Assembly: GCA_963726455.1 (NCBI GenBank)
Contig: CAVSCK010000003.1
Coordinates: forward strand, 96,001 to 160,000
DNA length: 64,000 nucleotides
Origin: an uncultured bacterium
GTDB taxonomy: Bacteria; Zixibacteria; MSB-5A5; CAIYYT01
Direction of reading: 5' to 3'
The first letter of the stretch is position 1. Each line of letters starts with the position of its first letter. The translations under genes were made by a program, and so were the position numbers. Positions 10,449 through 20,609 of this stretch are shown piece by piece. Under the pieces are notes generated by a model, which was not told the origin of the DNA, did no database searches, and worked only from the letters and a program-made list of their open reading frames with translations.

Positions 10449-10982
10449 CTACTGCGTTTTTTCGAGTTCTTCCAGTACCTTGTCGGTGATTTCCAGATCC
10501 TTCTTTCCGTAGGCGATATTGCCGTTGACAGTGTCGAGAATGAGCGCGTAACCTTCGGCAATGGCAATCTTCTCCAGCACGGCGTTAATCTTATCCAGAA
10601 GCGGTTTGGTCAATTCGGCATTGCGTTTTTCGGCACGGCCATCGGGGCCAAAGATGTCGTTAGCCATCTTCTGCCAGACGTCCTTCTTCTGTTCAATTTC
10701 AGATTCCTTTTCTTTCTTCTTGGTGTCGGAAAGAATCAGCGCCTGCTTATTCAAGTCGGCTTCCAGAGAGTCGATTTCTTTCTTGCCCTTTTCAACCTCC
10801 GCATTCCACTGGTCGACTTCCTTGTTGAATTGGGCCTGAGCGTCCTGGAATTCCTTGTAGTCGAGGCGAATACGGTACGAGTCTATGTAGACTATCTTCT
10901 CCTGCGCCTGCGCGGTGTATGGCAGCGCGAACAACGCCAGGACCAATATAGGCAGGGCTCTCACGAAAATGTTCTTCATCAT
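10449..10982 (-). CDS. skp: Periplasmic chaperone Skp/OmpH
   Basis: Signal peptide, KIVYID, coiled-coil middle, C-terminal GYALILD...DLEITDKVL; lies between bamA and lpxD. Confidence 0.92.
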   Translation of the reverse strand: MMKNIFVRALPILVLALFALPYTAQAQEKIVYIDSYRIRLDYKEFQDAQAQFNKEVDQWNAEVEKGKKEIDSLEADLNKQALILSDTKKKEKESEIEQKKDVWQKMANDIFGPDGRAEKRNAELTKPLLDKINAVLEKIAIAEGYALILDTVNGNIAYGKKDLEITDKVLEELEKTQ

Positions 10983-11004
10983 AATCCTCCGTTATTATCC
11001 CAAA

Positions 11005-13323
11005 CTAGAAACTGGCTCCAAATTGAAAGTGCGGTTTCCAGCCCGCATTACCCGGGCGATTGTAACCATATCCAAAGTCGAAACCGACGGTGCCTACTCC
11101 CGGAATATTTATCCGAAATCCGGCGCCGACCGATTTCTTCAAACCATCAGTCTTGTCCAAGTCGAAAGGTTTGATTGCCCTGCCTGACAGCCAGGCGTTA
11201 CCGGCATCAGCGAAGATCAAACCGTAAATTGTTTGCGGCACGATAGGCGCCTGCAATTCGACGTTGTAAATCAATTCCGAGCGACCGCGAAGATATGCGC
11301 CTGAGGGCGTAACCGGGCCGACGGTATAATCGTCGTAGCCACGGATAGTGCCGTCCGGAGCGATGCCGCCGGGTGCGAATCTTTCGGTAAACGGAATCTT
11401 TGAATCTCCTTTGGGAGAGTCGACCACGCCCACCCGGACTTTGGTGGCGAGTACGAGCTTCCACCAAATCCGCTGATACTTGGCGGCATCGAAGACATGC
11501 TTGTGGTATTGCCAGTTGCCGCCCAGGGGACCGCCGGAATATTCCGAATTGAGAGTGATAAGAGAGCCGGCCGTTGCGAATTGCGACAAGTCGCGGGAAT
11601 CACGCGTAATCGTGATGCCAGCTACCGACGTCGTCTGCCAGACATTGTCGATTGTCAGGAGACTGAAAGGATCGGTGGCGTAACGCAGGCGATAGACATC
11701 GTTGAAGTCAAAATACTTGGTCTCTTCGAGAGTATAGCGCAAGGAGACACGGAAGTAGTCGTCCGGCCATCTGAGCCGTCTGCCCAGACTGAGGCCCATA
11801 CCGCGGCTCTCCTCGGAGAACTGCTCGTCGGCATAAGCTTGCACTCGGGTGACGTCAAAAACGTCAACGCCGAACGAAGTCGGCCGGTCGAACATCCAGG
11901 GTTCGGTGAATGATAATGAAATCGAATTCGTACTCGCTCCGAACGCCCAGTCGATGCTCACGTTTTGTCCATTGCCGCGGAAATTGGGAATACCAAGTCC
12001 GAGAGTGCCTACCAGTTTATCCTGCCCCGAGTATCCCGCGCCGGCCTGGATTTGACCGGTGGGTTTTTCCTCGACCTTGACGACGAGGTCAATATCGCCG
12101 TTGGGAAGATACTTCAGGTCAGGAACGGTCTTTTCCGGATTGAAGTAATTCAGCACCATGATATTGCGCATCGAGCGCATCAAGAGGGAGCGTCGGAAGA
12201 TATCGCCCGGCCGGGAGAACAATTCGCGGCGAATGACTTTTTCTTTGGTTTTGGTGTTACCCTCGACCAGAACCTTGTCGATGTGGGCCGGCATGCCTTC
12301 GGAAATATCGAATGCGATCTGCTTGGTGGAATCGACGGTCTGCTGGTTATCGACGATGCGAGCGTGAATGTAGCCCTCGTCCTGATAAGCGGTATATAGA
12401 TTGGTCATGGACTCTTCGAACTTCTCGGAGTTGAAGACGTCGCCCTTCCTGAACTTGAGTTGTTTGCGCAGAAAGTCGGCTTTGAATTTGTCGTTGCCGG
12501 TGAAACTGACATCGCCGAAGTAGTACAAGCTGCCCTCGGCGACACGAAGCAAGAGTTCGAGTCCCTTATTATCGGGCAGGACAATGATGGAATCGCTGAC
12601 TACGGACGCGTCGACGTAACCATTCTTGTGATAGAAGGCGGCAATCTTCTCTTTGTCTTCTTCAAATTCGTCCTGCTTGAACGTGCCGGAGCGCAGGAGA
12701 CCGCCCGGTTTGCTTTTCATCTGGCCGCGCAACTTGTCGGCGCTGAAAACCTGGTTTCCCTCGAAACGGACGTCGTGGACTTTGATCTTGGAATTTTCGT
12801 CGACTTTCAAAGTTAAGTCGATTGTACCGTCGGCAAGGGTGTCCGTTATCGGCTTCACGCTGGCGAGAAAGTAACCTTCTTTACGATACAGATCTTTAAT
12901 GGCCTCGATACTGCTTTGAATGCGATTGGGGCCTGCGGGCTGGTTCTCGAAGACGGATAGCTTGGATTTGATATCATCATACTTGATGTGCTTGTTACCT
13001 TCGACCTTGAGCGTCTTAACTCTGGGGAATTCCTTGACGATGATTTTGAGTCGCATCCCGCCACCGGCGTACTCTCCGTCGATGGCGACGTCGGAGAAAA
13101 GGCCGAGCGCGTAGATTTGGCGGATGGCCTGGGGGATTGTAGTCGACGAGAGTGTGATGCCGGGCTGCAGGCCGGACACTGACAGGATCAGAGAGGTTTC
13201 GGCACCCTTGTTGCCTTCGACCTCGACCGTGGTGACCTGATAAGCTTGTCCCAGGGCACGAGAGCCGCCGGCAAGCAAAAGCAGCGAGAGTAAAATTAAC
13301 TGCGCTGCTTTGATTCTATACAT
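11005..13323 (-). CDS. bamA: Outer membrane protein assembly factor BamA
   Basis: Likely start MYRIKAAQ. POTRA repeats (GNTKTKEKVIRREL), NFRGNGQ, IRGYD loop motif, C-terminal FQFGASF. Confidence 0.95.
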   Translation of the reverse strand: MYRIKAAQLILLSLLLLAGGSRALGQAYQVTTVEVEGNKGAETSLILSVSGLQPGITLSSTTIPQAIRQIYALGLFSDVAIDGEYAGGGMRLKIIVKEFPRVKTLKVEGNKHIKYDDIKSKLSVFENQPAGPNRIQSSIEAIKDLYRKEGYFLASVKPITDTLADGTIDLTLKVDENSKIKVHDVRFEGNQVFSADKLRGQMKSKPGGLLRSGTFKQDEFEEDKEKIAAFYHKNGYVDASVVSDSIIVLPDNKGLELLLRVAEGSLYYFGDVSFTGNDKFKADFLRKQLKFRKGDVFNSEKFEESMTNLYTAYQDEGYIHARIVDNQQTVDSTKQIAFDISEGMPAHIDKVLVEGNTKTKEKVIRRELFSRPGDIFRRSLLMRSMRNIMVLNYFNPEKTVPDLKYLPNGDIDLVVKVEEKPTGQIQAGAGYSGQDKLVGTLGLGIPNFRGNGQNVSIDWAFGASTNSISLSFTEPWMFDRPTSFGVDVFDVTRVQAYADEQFSEESRGMGLSLGRRLRWPDDYFRVSLRYTLEETKYFDFNDVYRLRYATDPFSLLTIDNVWQTTSVAGITITRDSRDLSQFATAGSLITLNSEYSGGPLGGNWQYHKHVFDAAKYQRIWWKLVLATKVRVGVVDSPKGDSKIPFTERFAPGGIAPDGTIRGYDDYTVGPVTPSGAYLRGRSELIYNVELQAPIVPQTIYGLIFADAGNAWLSGRAIKPFDLDKTDGLKKSVGAGFRINIPGVGTVGFDFGYGYNRPGNAGWKPHFQFGASF

Positions 13324-13336
13324 TCGATAGTATCTT

Positions 13337-13645
13337 TCAGACGACGATCTTCTCGATCTTGAGCTCAGTAAAGTCCTGGCGATGCCCGCGCTTGAGATAA
13401 TAGTCAGTGCGCTTCTTCTTCTTGAAAATGATTGCCTTCTCGCTTTTGCCCTGGCTGACGACGATTGTTTGAACCTTGGCGCCTTCAACGACCGGCTTTC
13501 CGACGCGGGTCTCTTCCCCACACACCATGAGCACACGCTCCAGTTCATAGCTTCCGCCCGGTTGACCGACTAGCATCGGGACTTTGATCTTGTCGCCCTC
13601 TTCCACTCGGAATTGAAGGCCGCCGGTTTCGACAATTGCATACAT
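13337..13645 (-). CDS. rplU: 50S ribosomal protein L21
   Basis: MYAIVETGGLQFRVEEGD...FKKKKR..Y....GHRQDFTELKIEKI. Confidence 0.96.
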   Translation of the reverse strand: MYAIVETGGLQFRVEEGDKIKVPMLVGQPGGSYELERVLMVCGEETRVGKPVVEGAKVQTIVVSQGKSEKAIIFKKKKRTDYYLKRGHRQDFTELKIEKIVV

Positions 13646-13686
13646 ACGACTGTTACTCCTTTGGAAAAACAACAAATTAGCTTGAT

Positions 13687-13714
13687 ATGATAGCTCAGAA
13701 GGCGGTGATGTCAA
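13687..13714 (-). promoter_or_regulatory. sigma70 promoter of rplU-bamA-skp-lpxD
   Basis: Minus-strand TTGACA-16 nt-TATCAT. Confidence 0.6.
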
Positions 13715-13803
13715 GCACTATTTGCCGCTCATGCGCTCTTAACAGCCTATGACTCTTAAACATACACTGCTCAAGAAGTTCCAAAAAAGGTTTTCGAGGG
13801 CGA

Positions 13804-13831
13804 TTGACGGCTGAGGCATTAATGTTACATT
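13804..13831 (+). promoter_or_regulatory. Putative uvrB promoter with extended -10
   Basis: TTGACG-16 nt-TACATT preceded by TGn; ends 5 nt before the ATG at 13837. Confidence 0.45.
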
Positions 13832-13836
13832 GCGGC

Positions 13837-15837
13837 ATGGCGGAATTCAACCTGGTGTCAAAGTACGAACCGAGGGGCGATCAACCGGCGGCTATTGCCA
13901 AGCTGACCGATGGCGTGATCAAAGGGGACAAATACCAGACGCTTTTGGGTGTGACCGGTTCGGGCAAGACGTTTACGATGGCGAATGTTATTCGGAATAT
14001 CGGTAGACCAACGTTGATCATCTCGCATAACAAGACCCTGGCGGCGCAACTTTACGGCGAGTTCAAGGCGTACTTCCCGGACAATGCGGTCGAATTCTTT
14101 ATCAGCTACTACGACTACTACCAGCCGGAGGCCTATATGCCGTCAACGGATACTTATATCGAGAAGGATACGTCGATCAATGAGAACATCGATCGCTTGC
14201 GACTGCGGGCGACAAGTTCGCTCCTGGAACGCGACGACGTCGTAATCGTGGCGTCAGTGTCGTGTATCTACGGCATCGGTTCACCGTCGGAATACAAGAG
14301 CATGTTGGTTACGTTAGGATCGGCGACGAGTTCGAGCGCAACAAGATTCTGCGGAGACTGATAGAAATACAATACACGCGCAATGACATCGATTTCTCAC
14401 GGGGTCATTTCCGGGTACGCGGGGATACGATCGAAGTGTTCCCTGCCTATGAAGTGAACGGCGTTAGAATCGAGATGTTCGGAGATACCATCGAGCGTAT
14501 CCGGACTTTCGATCCGTTGACGGGTGAAGTGCAAAAGGAAATTGAACGCATTGCGATCTATCCGGCGCGCCATTTCGTTACGGCGAATGCGACGGTGAAG
14601 CGCGCGGTTGTCGGTATCGAGGAAGAGCTGCGTGAGCGACTGGCATGGTTTCGGGAGAATAACAAACTGCTGGAGGCGCAGCGGCTGGAATCGCGCACCC
14701 ATTACGACCTCGAGATGCTGAAGGAAATCGGCTATTGCTCCGGGATCGAGAATTATTCGCGCTATTTCTCCGGACGGGCGCCCGGCGAGCGACCATATAC
14801 GCTGATCGACTTCTTCCCACCGGACTTCCTGCTGATCATCGATGAGTCCCACCAGTCGATTCCGCAGATTAAAGGAATGTATGCGGGAGATCGGTCGCGC
14901 AAGGAAGTGTTGGTGGAGCATGGTTTCCGGCTGCCGTCGGCGATGGATAACCGCCCGTTGGTCTACGATGAATTCATACAGTTGATCCCGCAAACAATTT
15001 ACGCCTCGGCTACGCCGGGTGATCTGGAACTGCAGAATTCGGAGGGTGTGGTGGTGGAACAGATTATCCGTCCGACTGGCCTGATCGATCCGCACATAAC
15101 ATTGAGGCCTGTTGAAGGGCAGATTGATGATTTAATCAAAGAGATTCGCCTGCGAGCATCCGCGCACGAGAGAGTCCTGGTGACAACCCTGACGAAGAGA
15201 ATGGCGGAGGATCTGGCAGACTACCTGGGACGACTGAATGTGCGAGTGCGATATCTGCATTCCGAAATCGACACGATCGAACGAACAGAGATTTTGCGCG
15301 ACTTGCGGCTGGCGGAATTCGATGTGCTGGTCGGTATCAACCTATTGCGGGAAGGATTGGACTTGCCCGAAGTGTCGCTCGTGGCGATACTGGATGCCGA
15401 CAAGGAAGGATTCCTGCGATCGGAGCGATCGCTGATGCAGACTGCCGGACGGGCGGCGCGCAATGTCGAAGGCGAAGTAATCATGTACGCCGAGACGAGT
15501 CACGGAATCCATGCGGAAAATGATTGCCGAAACCAATCGCCGTCGCCAGATTCAGATGGAATACAATCAGCAGCATGGAATCGTGCCGGAGACCGTGTTT
15601 AAGACGCGCGAGGAGATCCTGCAAGCCACCCAGTTTGCGGACAGCAAGGCCGCGGAAGAGGTTGAGTCGTTGTTGCCCGACTTCTTCGAGGCCATGACTA
15701 CCGAAGATAAGGTGGCATTTCTGACGCAGCAGATGGAAGGGGCAGCCAAAGATCTGGAATTTGAACGCGCCGCCGATCTACGCGACCAAATCAAGAAGTT
15801 GAAAGACGACGCAAAACGCAAAAAGGTGAGACGCTAG
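13837..15837 (+). CDS. uvrB: Excinuclease ABC subunit B, split over three frames by frameshifts near 14316 and 15497
   Basis: [58 protein letters not shown] and C-terminal UVR domain [11 protein letters not shown]. Confidence 0.95.
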
Positions 15838-15894
15838 GCGGCTGAACAATTCGGCGCGGCGGCCGTCTAAACATTGAGTGATAGAGGTGTATTC

Positions 15895-16869
15895 ATGACG
15901 TATAAGAAGATTCTGATTTTACCTGCCATCGCGTTGATCGCCGCGGTCGCGGTGATGAGTTGCAACAAAAAGGTAAATGATTTCGAACGCACTGATCTCT
16001 ACCAGATATCACAGTTGCTTAATAATGATCAGGTGGCCACGTCGATCTATCCGGCGGTGTGGCTGGATACGATAAGCCGCGCGCCGCAGGCACCGAAGGT
16101 GGCTTCGGGCGCAGGCACGATTACTCCTGACGATTACTGGGTGGATGTCATCGCCCATAGCCGATCGATTCCAACAGCGAATGATTCGTGCCGTCCGGAT
16201 GATCTTAATCAGGACAATCCCTGCGCTGAGATTCAGATTGAGGGCAACGGCAGGGCGCACGTGCGTACGGCGAAGATGCGCGACTCACTGGTTTGCCGGT
16301 ATAATATCATCAATGCGCTCGATCACTCGGTCACTACGAAGAATGTGACTTTCGTCGGCAACTACTGGGCGATGATGGCCAAATTAAACAGCGATAATTC
16401 CGCCTATCGCGGCTGGTCGCTTTACGCCGTCGGCGCTCAGTGGCAACATGTTTCGATGAACACGCAAGCTCCGATCATTGACTCAGTGGTGCTAAAGTGG
16501 GCAGACCAGCGATTCGTGACTTACGGTAATCCATCACGTCATCGCTACTTGCCACTAAAGAACTTTCCTCACATTCCTCCGGGGGAATACATTGATATCG
16601 AAGTGTATGCGCCGGGATTAGATCCGGATCTGAGGCCACAGGACGGATACATTCATTACTCCGTCAATGGCGTGATGAGACGCGACGTAATGGACACCTA
16701 TGGGGACGGTGTGTTCACGTATGACGCGCTGGTCGAAAGATCGGGGGCGACGGTCGGCACCTGCAGCCAGATTGTGATCGAGGTTTTTGATCCGCAGTCA
16801 TTGCGGGATACGAATGCCGGTTTGTTTGGAGACGCAATAATAGCGGTTTCGTACCGAATCGCCGAGTGA
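15895..16869 (+). CDS. Hypothetical lipoprotein
   Basis: GAGGTG RBS; MTYKKILILPAIALIAAVAVMSC lipobox-like signal; no family recognised. Confidence 0.75.
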   Translation: MTYKKILILPAIALIAAVAVMSCNKKVNDFERTDLYQISQLLNNDQVATSIYPAVWLDTISRAPQAPKVASGAGTITPDDYWVDVIAHSRSIPTANDSCRPDDLNQDNPCAEIQIEGNGRAHVRTAKMRDSLVCRYNIINALDHSVTTKNVTFVGNYWAMMAKLNSDNSAYRGWSLYAVGAQWQHVSMNTQAPIIDSVVLKWADQRFVTYGNPSRHRYLPLKNFPHIPPGEYIDIEVYAPGLDPDLRPQDGYIHYSVNGVMRRDVMDTYGDGVFTYDALVERSGATVGTCSQIVIEVFDPQSLRDTNAGLFGDAIIAVSYRIAE

Positions 16870-16886
16870 TACGGGCGAACACAGTT

Positions 16887-18254
16887 CTACATCAAGGCCA
16901 GCTTGGGCAGCTCCTGTAGTTTCTCAAGTCCGATCAACTGCACGCCGTTTTGCGGCTTAAGACCACGCAGGTTCTTGCGGGGCAGGATAATCCTCTGAAA
17001 ACCCAGTTTTATTGCCTCGGCAACGCGCCGTTCGGCATAAGGAACGGCTCTAACTTCGCCGGAGAGGCCGATCTCACCAATCATGACGGTCTGTGGCTGC
17101 ACAGGGATATCCTCGACCGACGAGATAAGAGCGGCGATTAGCCCAAGATCAAGAGCGGGGTCATCGATCTTGAGTCCACCGGCGAGATTGACGAAAACGT
17201 CACGTTGGCCGAAGGGAATTCGTTGGCGCTTTTCTAAGATCGCCAGCATAAGGGCGAGTCGTTTCGAATCGTAGCCGGACGACACTCGCTGGGGAAATCC
17301 GAAATTGGTCTGGGTCGCCAGCGCCTGGATTTCGAGCAGCAGAGGTCGCTGGCCTTCGACGGCCGTGACAACCGCGCGGCCGGGAATGTCATCGGGATAT
17401 TCATTCAGGAAGAGCTCCGAAGGATTGCCCACCGCAAAGAGGCCTTCCTCGCCGATTTGGAAGATGCCTATTTCAGAGGCAGGCCCGAAGCGATTCTTTT
17501 TCACGCGCAGCAGGCGGAACCAGTTGTGGCTTTCGCCCTCGAAATAAAGAACCACGTCCACGAGATGTTCGAGGATTTTGGGACCGGCAATGGCGCCATC
17601 TTTGGTGATATGACCGATCAGGATGAGCAGCATTTCGCTGCGTTTGCAGAATTCAACTAATTCGGCGGAAGTGGAACGAATCTGGCTGACGGTGCCGGGA
17701 GCGGATTCCAGATCGGGATCGTAGAGGGTCTGGACGGAATCGATGACTACCGCAGAGGGTTTGACTTTGTCGATCAGCGAATAAATCTGCGGCAATTCGC
17801 GGACGGCGGCAACCTGCAGGAGTTCGTTTTTGATGCCGATGCGCTTGCCACGCATACCGACCTGCTGGGCCGACTCCTCGCCGGTCAGATAGAGCGCCGA
17901 TAAATTTTGTTGAGCTAGACCGCCGGCGACCTGCAACATGAGCGTTGACTTTCCTATGCCGGGTTCGCCGCCGATCAGGATTGACGAATCGGGCACGATG
18001 CCACCGCCGAGCAACTGATCGAATTCCTCCAGACCGCAACGGATCATCGGCTGTGGCTGTGAATGGCAGTAGTTGATCGGGGTCGCTTCAATGTCTGTGG
18101 CAACTCCCCTGCTCTTGGGTTTGGGGATGCTGATCTTCTCTTCGACGATCGTGTTCCATTCGCCGCAATCGGGGCATTTGCCTATCCAACGCGAGAAACT
18201 ACGTCCGCAGGCAGAGCAGACATAAATGGTTTTGTCGCCGGATTTGGTGGTCAT
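16887..18254 (-). CDS. radA: DNA repair protein RadA/Sms
   Basis: CSAC..CPDC Zn finger, GGEPGIGKST, KNRFG, Lon-like C-terminus. Confidence 0.96.
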   Translation of the reverse strand: MTTKSGDKTIYVCSACGRSFSRWIGKCPDCGEWNTIVEEKISIPKPKSRGVATDIEATPINYCHSQPQPMIRCGLEEFDQLLGGGIVPDSSILIGGEPGIGKSTLMLQVAGGLAQQNLSALYLTGEESAQQVGMRGKRIGIKNELLQVAAVRELPQIYSLIDKVKPSAVVIDSVQTLYDPDLESAPGTVSQIRSTSAELVEFCKRSEMLLILIGHITKDGAIAGPKILEHLVDVVLYFEGESHNWFRLLRVKKNRFGPASEIGIFQIGEEGLFAVGNPSELFLNEYPDDIPGRAVVTAVEGQRPLLLEIQALATQTNFGFPQRVSSGYDSKRLALMLAILEKRQRIPFGQRDVFVNLAGGLKIDDPALDLGLIAALISSVEDIPVQPQTVMIGEIGLSGEVRAVPYAERRVAEAIKLGFQRIILPRKNLRGLKPQNGVQLIGLEKLQELPKLALM

Positions 18255-18265
18255 GGATAAGCGCC

Positions 18266-19660
18266 CTAGAACGGAACGTTGGGATAAGCGGTGTCGCTAC
18301 GAACCGATTCGCGGTTTTCGAAACGAATGTATTCGTCAATAAAGGTCAATTTGATGGTGCCGGTGGGGCCGTTACGCTGCTTGGCGACGATGATTTCCGC
18401 CAGCTTTTCCTCATCGGTGCCTTTTATCTCTTCACGTTCTTCCTCGCTGAGTTTGTATGCCGAGGGACGGTACACGAACATGACGACGTCGGCATCCTGT
18501 TCGATGGCGCCCGATTCACGCAGGTCGGCAAGGATCGGACGTTTTTCGCCGCCACGGGTTTCGACCTGGCGAGACAACTGGCTGCAGGCGATGACGGGGA
18601 TATTCAGTTCCTTGGAGAGACCTTTGAGCGATCGACTGATCAAGGAGATTTCCTGCTGGCGGTTTTCGATGCGCTCGCCGGCATTCATGAGCTGCAAGTA
18701 ATCTACCACTACGAGACCAATATCGAATTGGCTCTTAAGAAGCCGCGCCTTGGTACGCAAATCCCAGACAGTCATGGTTGCCGAGTCATCGAGATAGATC
18801 GGCGATTCAGCCAATGGGCCGGCGGCGATATTAAGATTCGTCCATTCATGGTCGCGCAGACGCCCGGTGCGCAGGCGATGCGAATCAACCCGCGCGCGCG
18901 AGGCGAGCAAACGCTGAACAATTTGTTCCGAGGACATTTCCAACGAGAAGATAACCACTGGTTTTGCCTGCTCGACGGCGACATTTTCGACAATGCGCAG
19001 TGCAAAAGCGGTCTTACCCATACCGGGACGGCCGGCAACGACGATGAATTCGCCACCGTGCATGCCGGCGGTCAGAACATCAAGGTCAGTCAGTCCGGTA
19101 GCCAGACCAGTCACCTGGCCTTTGAGTTTTTCGAGCTCCTCCATCTTGCTGAAGGTTGCCGGCAGCAAATCCTTGATCTGCTCGTAGCCCTTGTCGGAGC
19201 GGCGCGTGGAGATCTCGAATACTTTGCTTTCGACTTCGTCGAGCAACTCCTTGACCTCTCCCTCCTGCCGCTGGGCTTTGCTGTATATGTTCGAAGCCAG
19301 ATTCATCAGGCGACGGAGGATCGCCTTTTCCTTGATGATTTCGGCGTAACGCTCGCAATTGGCGGCGGAATAGACATTTTCCGTAAGCTCGACCAGGTAA
19401 GCCCGGCCACCGATGTTGTCGAGTTGGGTTAACGTAATCAGTTTGTCCGTAACGGTGACAAGATCGGCGGGCGTGTTTTGCTCGAAGAGGGCGACAATGG
19501 CCTCGAAGACGGCGCCGTGGCGGCGCTCGTAGAAATCCTCGCTGGAGATCAGCGTGCAGACATTGGGAATGTACGAGTTGTCGATGAGCAGCGCCCCCAG
19601 GAGGGACACTTCCGCCTGGCGATCTTGCGGCGGTACCCTATCGTTAAATGATTCGTCCAT
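18266..19660 (-). CDS. dnaB: Replicative DNA helicase
   Basis: PPQ...AE.SLLG, GRPGMGKT, FSLEMS, VDYLQL, DLRESGAIEQDAD, KQRNGPTG; no intein. Confidence 0.97.
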   Translation of the reverse strand: MDESFNDRVPPQDRQAEVSLLGALLIDNSYIPNVCTLISSEDFYERRHGAVFEAIVALFEQNTPADLVTVTDKLITLTQLDNIGGRAYLVELTENVYSAANCERYAEIIKEKAILRRLMNLASNIYSKAQRQEGEVKELLDEVESKVFEISTRRSDKGYEQIKDLLPATFSKMEELEKLKGQVTGLATGLTDLDVLTAGMHGGEFIVVAGRPGMGKTAFALRIVENVAVEQAKPVVIFSLEMSSEQIVQRLLASRARVDSHRLRTGRLRDHEWTNLNIAAGPLAESPIYLDDSATMTVWDLRTKARLLKSQFDIGLVVVDYLQLMNAGERIENRQQEISLISRSLKGLSKELNIPVIACSQLSRQVETRGGEKRPILADLRESGAIEQDADVVMFVYRPSAYKLSEEEREEIKGTDEEKLAEIIVAKQRNGPTGTIKLTFIDEYIRFENRESVRSDTAYPNVPF

Positions 19661-19775
19661 TCCCTCGACTCTCGCAGCCCCGGTAGCCCATTGATGCTAT
19701 TCCAGATTACTTACAAGATAAGCCAGGAATAGCGTCTCAGCCAATGATTTCTACGGAGGATGTTAACAATCTCGG

Positions 19776-19884
19776 TGTGGAAATCCCCAGGTGCGGCGCG
19801 GCAATTCGCAGTGGGATTCTCAGAGAGTCTTTGGGTTACAGAATGTCACACGGGTGAATTGCGGGTTGTCCACATTGTGGATAA
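19776..19884. promoter_or_regulatory. DnaA boxes upstream of dnaB
   Basis: TTGTCCACA (19866-19874) and perfect TGTGGATAA (19876-19884) in inverted arrangement; weaker TGTGGAAAT (19776-19784). Confidence 0.65.
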
Positions 19885-19890
19885 TCAGGA

Positions 19891-20607
19891 TTACTGCGAC
19901 ATCAGGTCGTCATATTCCTTGCGCAGCATCTGGACGTCCGCCCAAGTATCGTGTTTGTACTGCGGAAAACGCAGCAACGCCGCAGGATGGTAAGTCACCA
20001 TCACTTTGCGGCCATCAACCTCGAAAAAGCGCCCGCGCATTTTACCCAGTGGAGTGGTGACGCCCAGCAGGGCCTGAGCAGCGATCCGACCGAGGCAACA
20101 GATCAATTTGGGATTGATGATCTCGATTTGCTTCCTGAGATACGGCAGACAAGTAGCCATCTCATCCGGCTGGGGATCGCGATTATTCGGCGGACGGCAT
20201 TTGACGATGTTGGCGATATAGACCTGTTTGCGGTCGAACTTGATGGCGGCCAGAATTCGGTCCAGCAGTTGTCCGGCGCGCCCGACAAAGGGTTCACCCT
20301 TCAAGTCTTCGTCATGTCCGGGACCTTCGCCAACGAACATAACCTCAGCCGCCGGATTGCCGACGCCAAAGACGAACTTGTTGCGGCCTTCATGGAGGCG
20401 ACACTTGGTGCAGTCCTTGATCTGGTCGCAGAAAGTAGCCAATGCCTTGCCAGTGGCGGTGCCGTCGCGCTGAGGTCTGGCGGATTGTTTCTGCGGCATT
20501 AATGCGGTAAGAGTCTCGTTGTCGACTCGCAGTTCGCCAAGTCCCAGTTCGCGCTGTTGCTCAATGACCTGGGCGAAGATGTCAGATACGGTTTTGCGTG
20601 GGGGCAT
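19891..20607 (-). CDS. Family-4 (Fe-S) uracil-DNA glycosylase
   Basis: [42 protein letters not shown]. Confidence 0.93.
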   Translation of the reverse strand: MPPRKTVSDIFAQVIEQQRELGLGELRVDNETLTALMPQKQSARPQRDGTATGKALATFCDQIKDCTKCRLHEGRNKFVFGVGNPAAEVMFVGEGPGHDEDLKGEPFVGRAGQLLDRILAAIKFDRKQVYIANIVKCRPPNNRDPQPDEMATCLPYLRKQIEIINPKLICCLGRIAAQALLGVTTPLGKMRGRFFEVDGRKVMVTYHPAALLRFPQYKHDTWADVQMLRKEYDDLMSQ

Positions 20608-20609
20608 TA

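Noticed and set aside
13324-13548. Basic N-terminal extension of BamA in the ORF track
   Set aside because: Overlaps rplU in another frame; the signal peptide begins at ATG 13323.
19661-19890. Calling the DnaA-box region oriC
   Set aside because: Only 2-3 boxes, no clear AT-rich unwinding element, no dnaA/dnaN nearby, and gene orientation does not switch.
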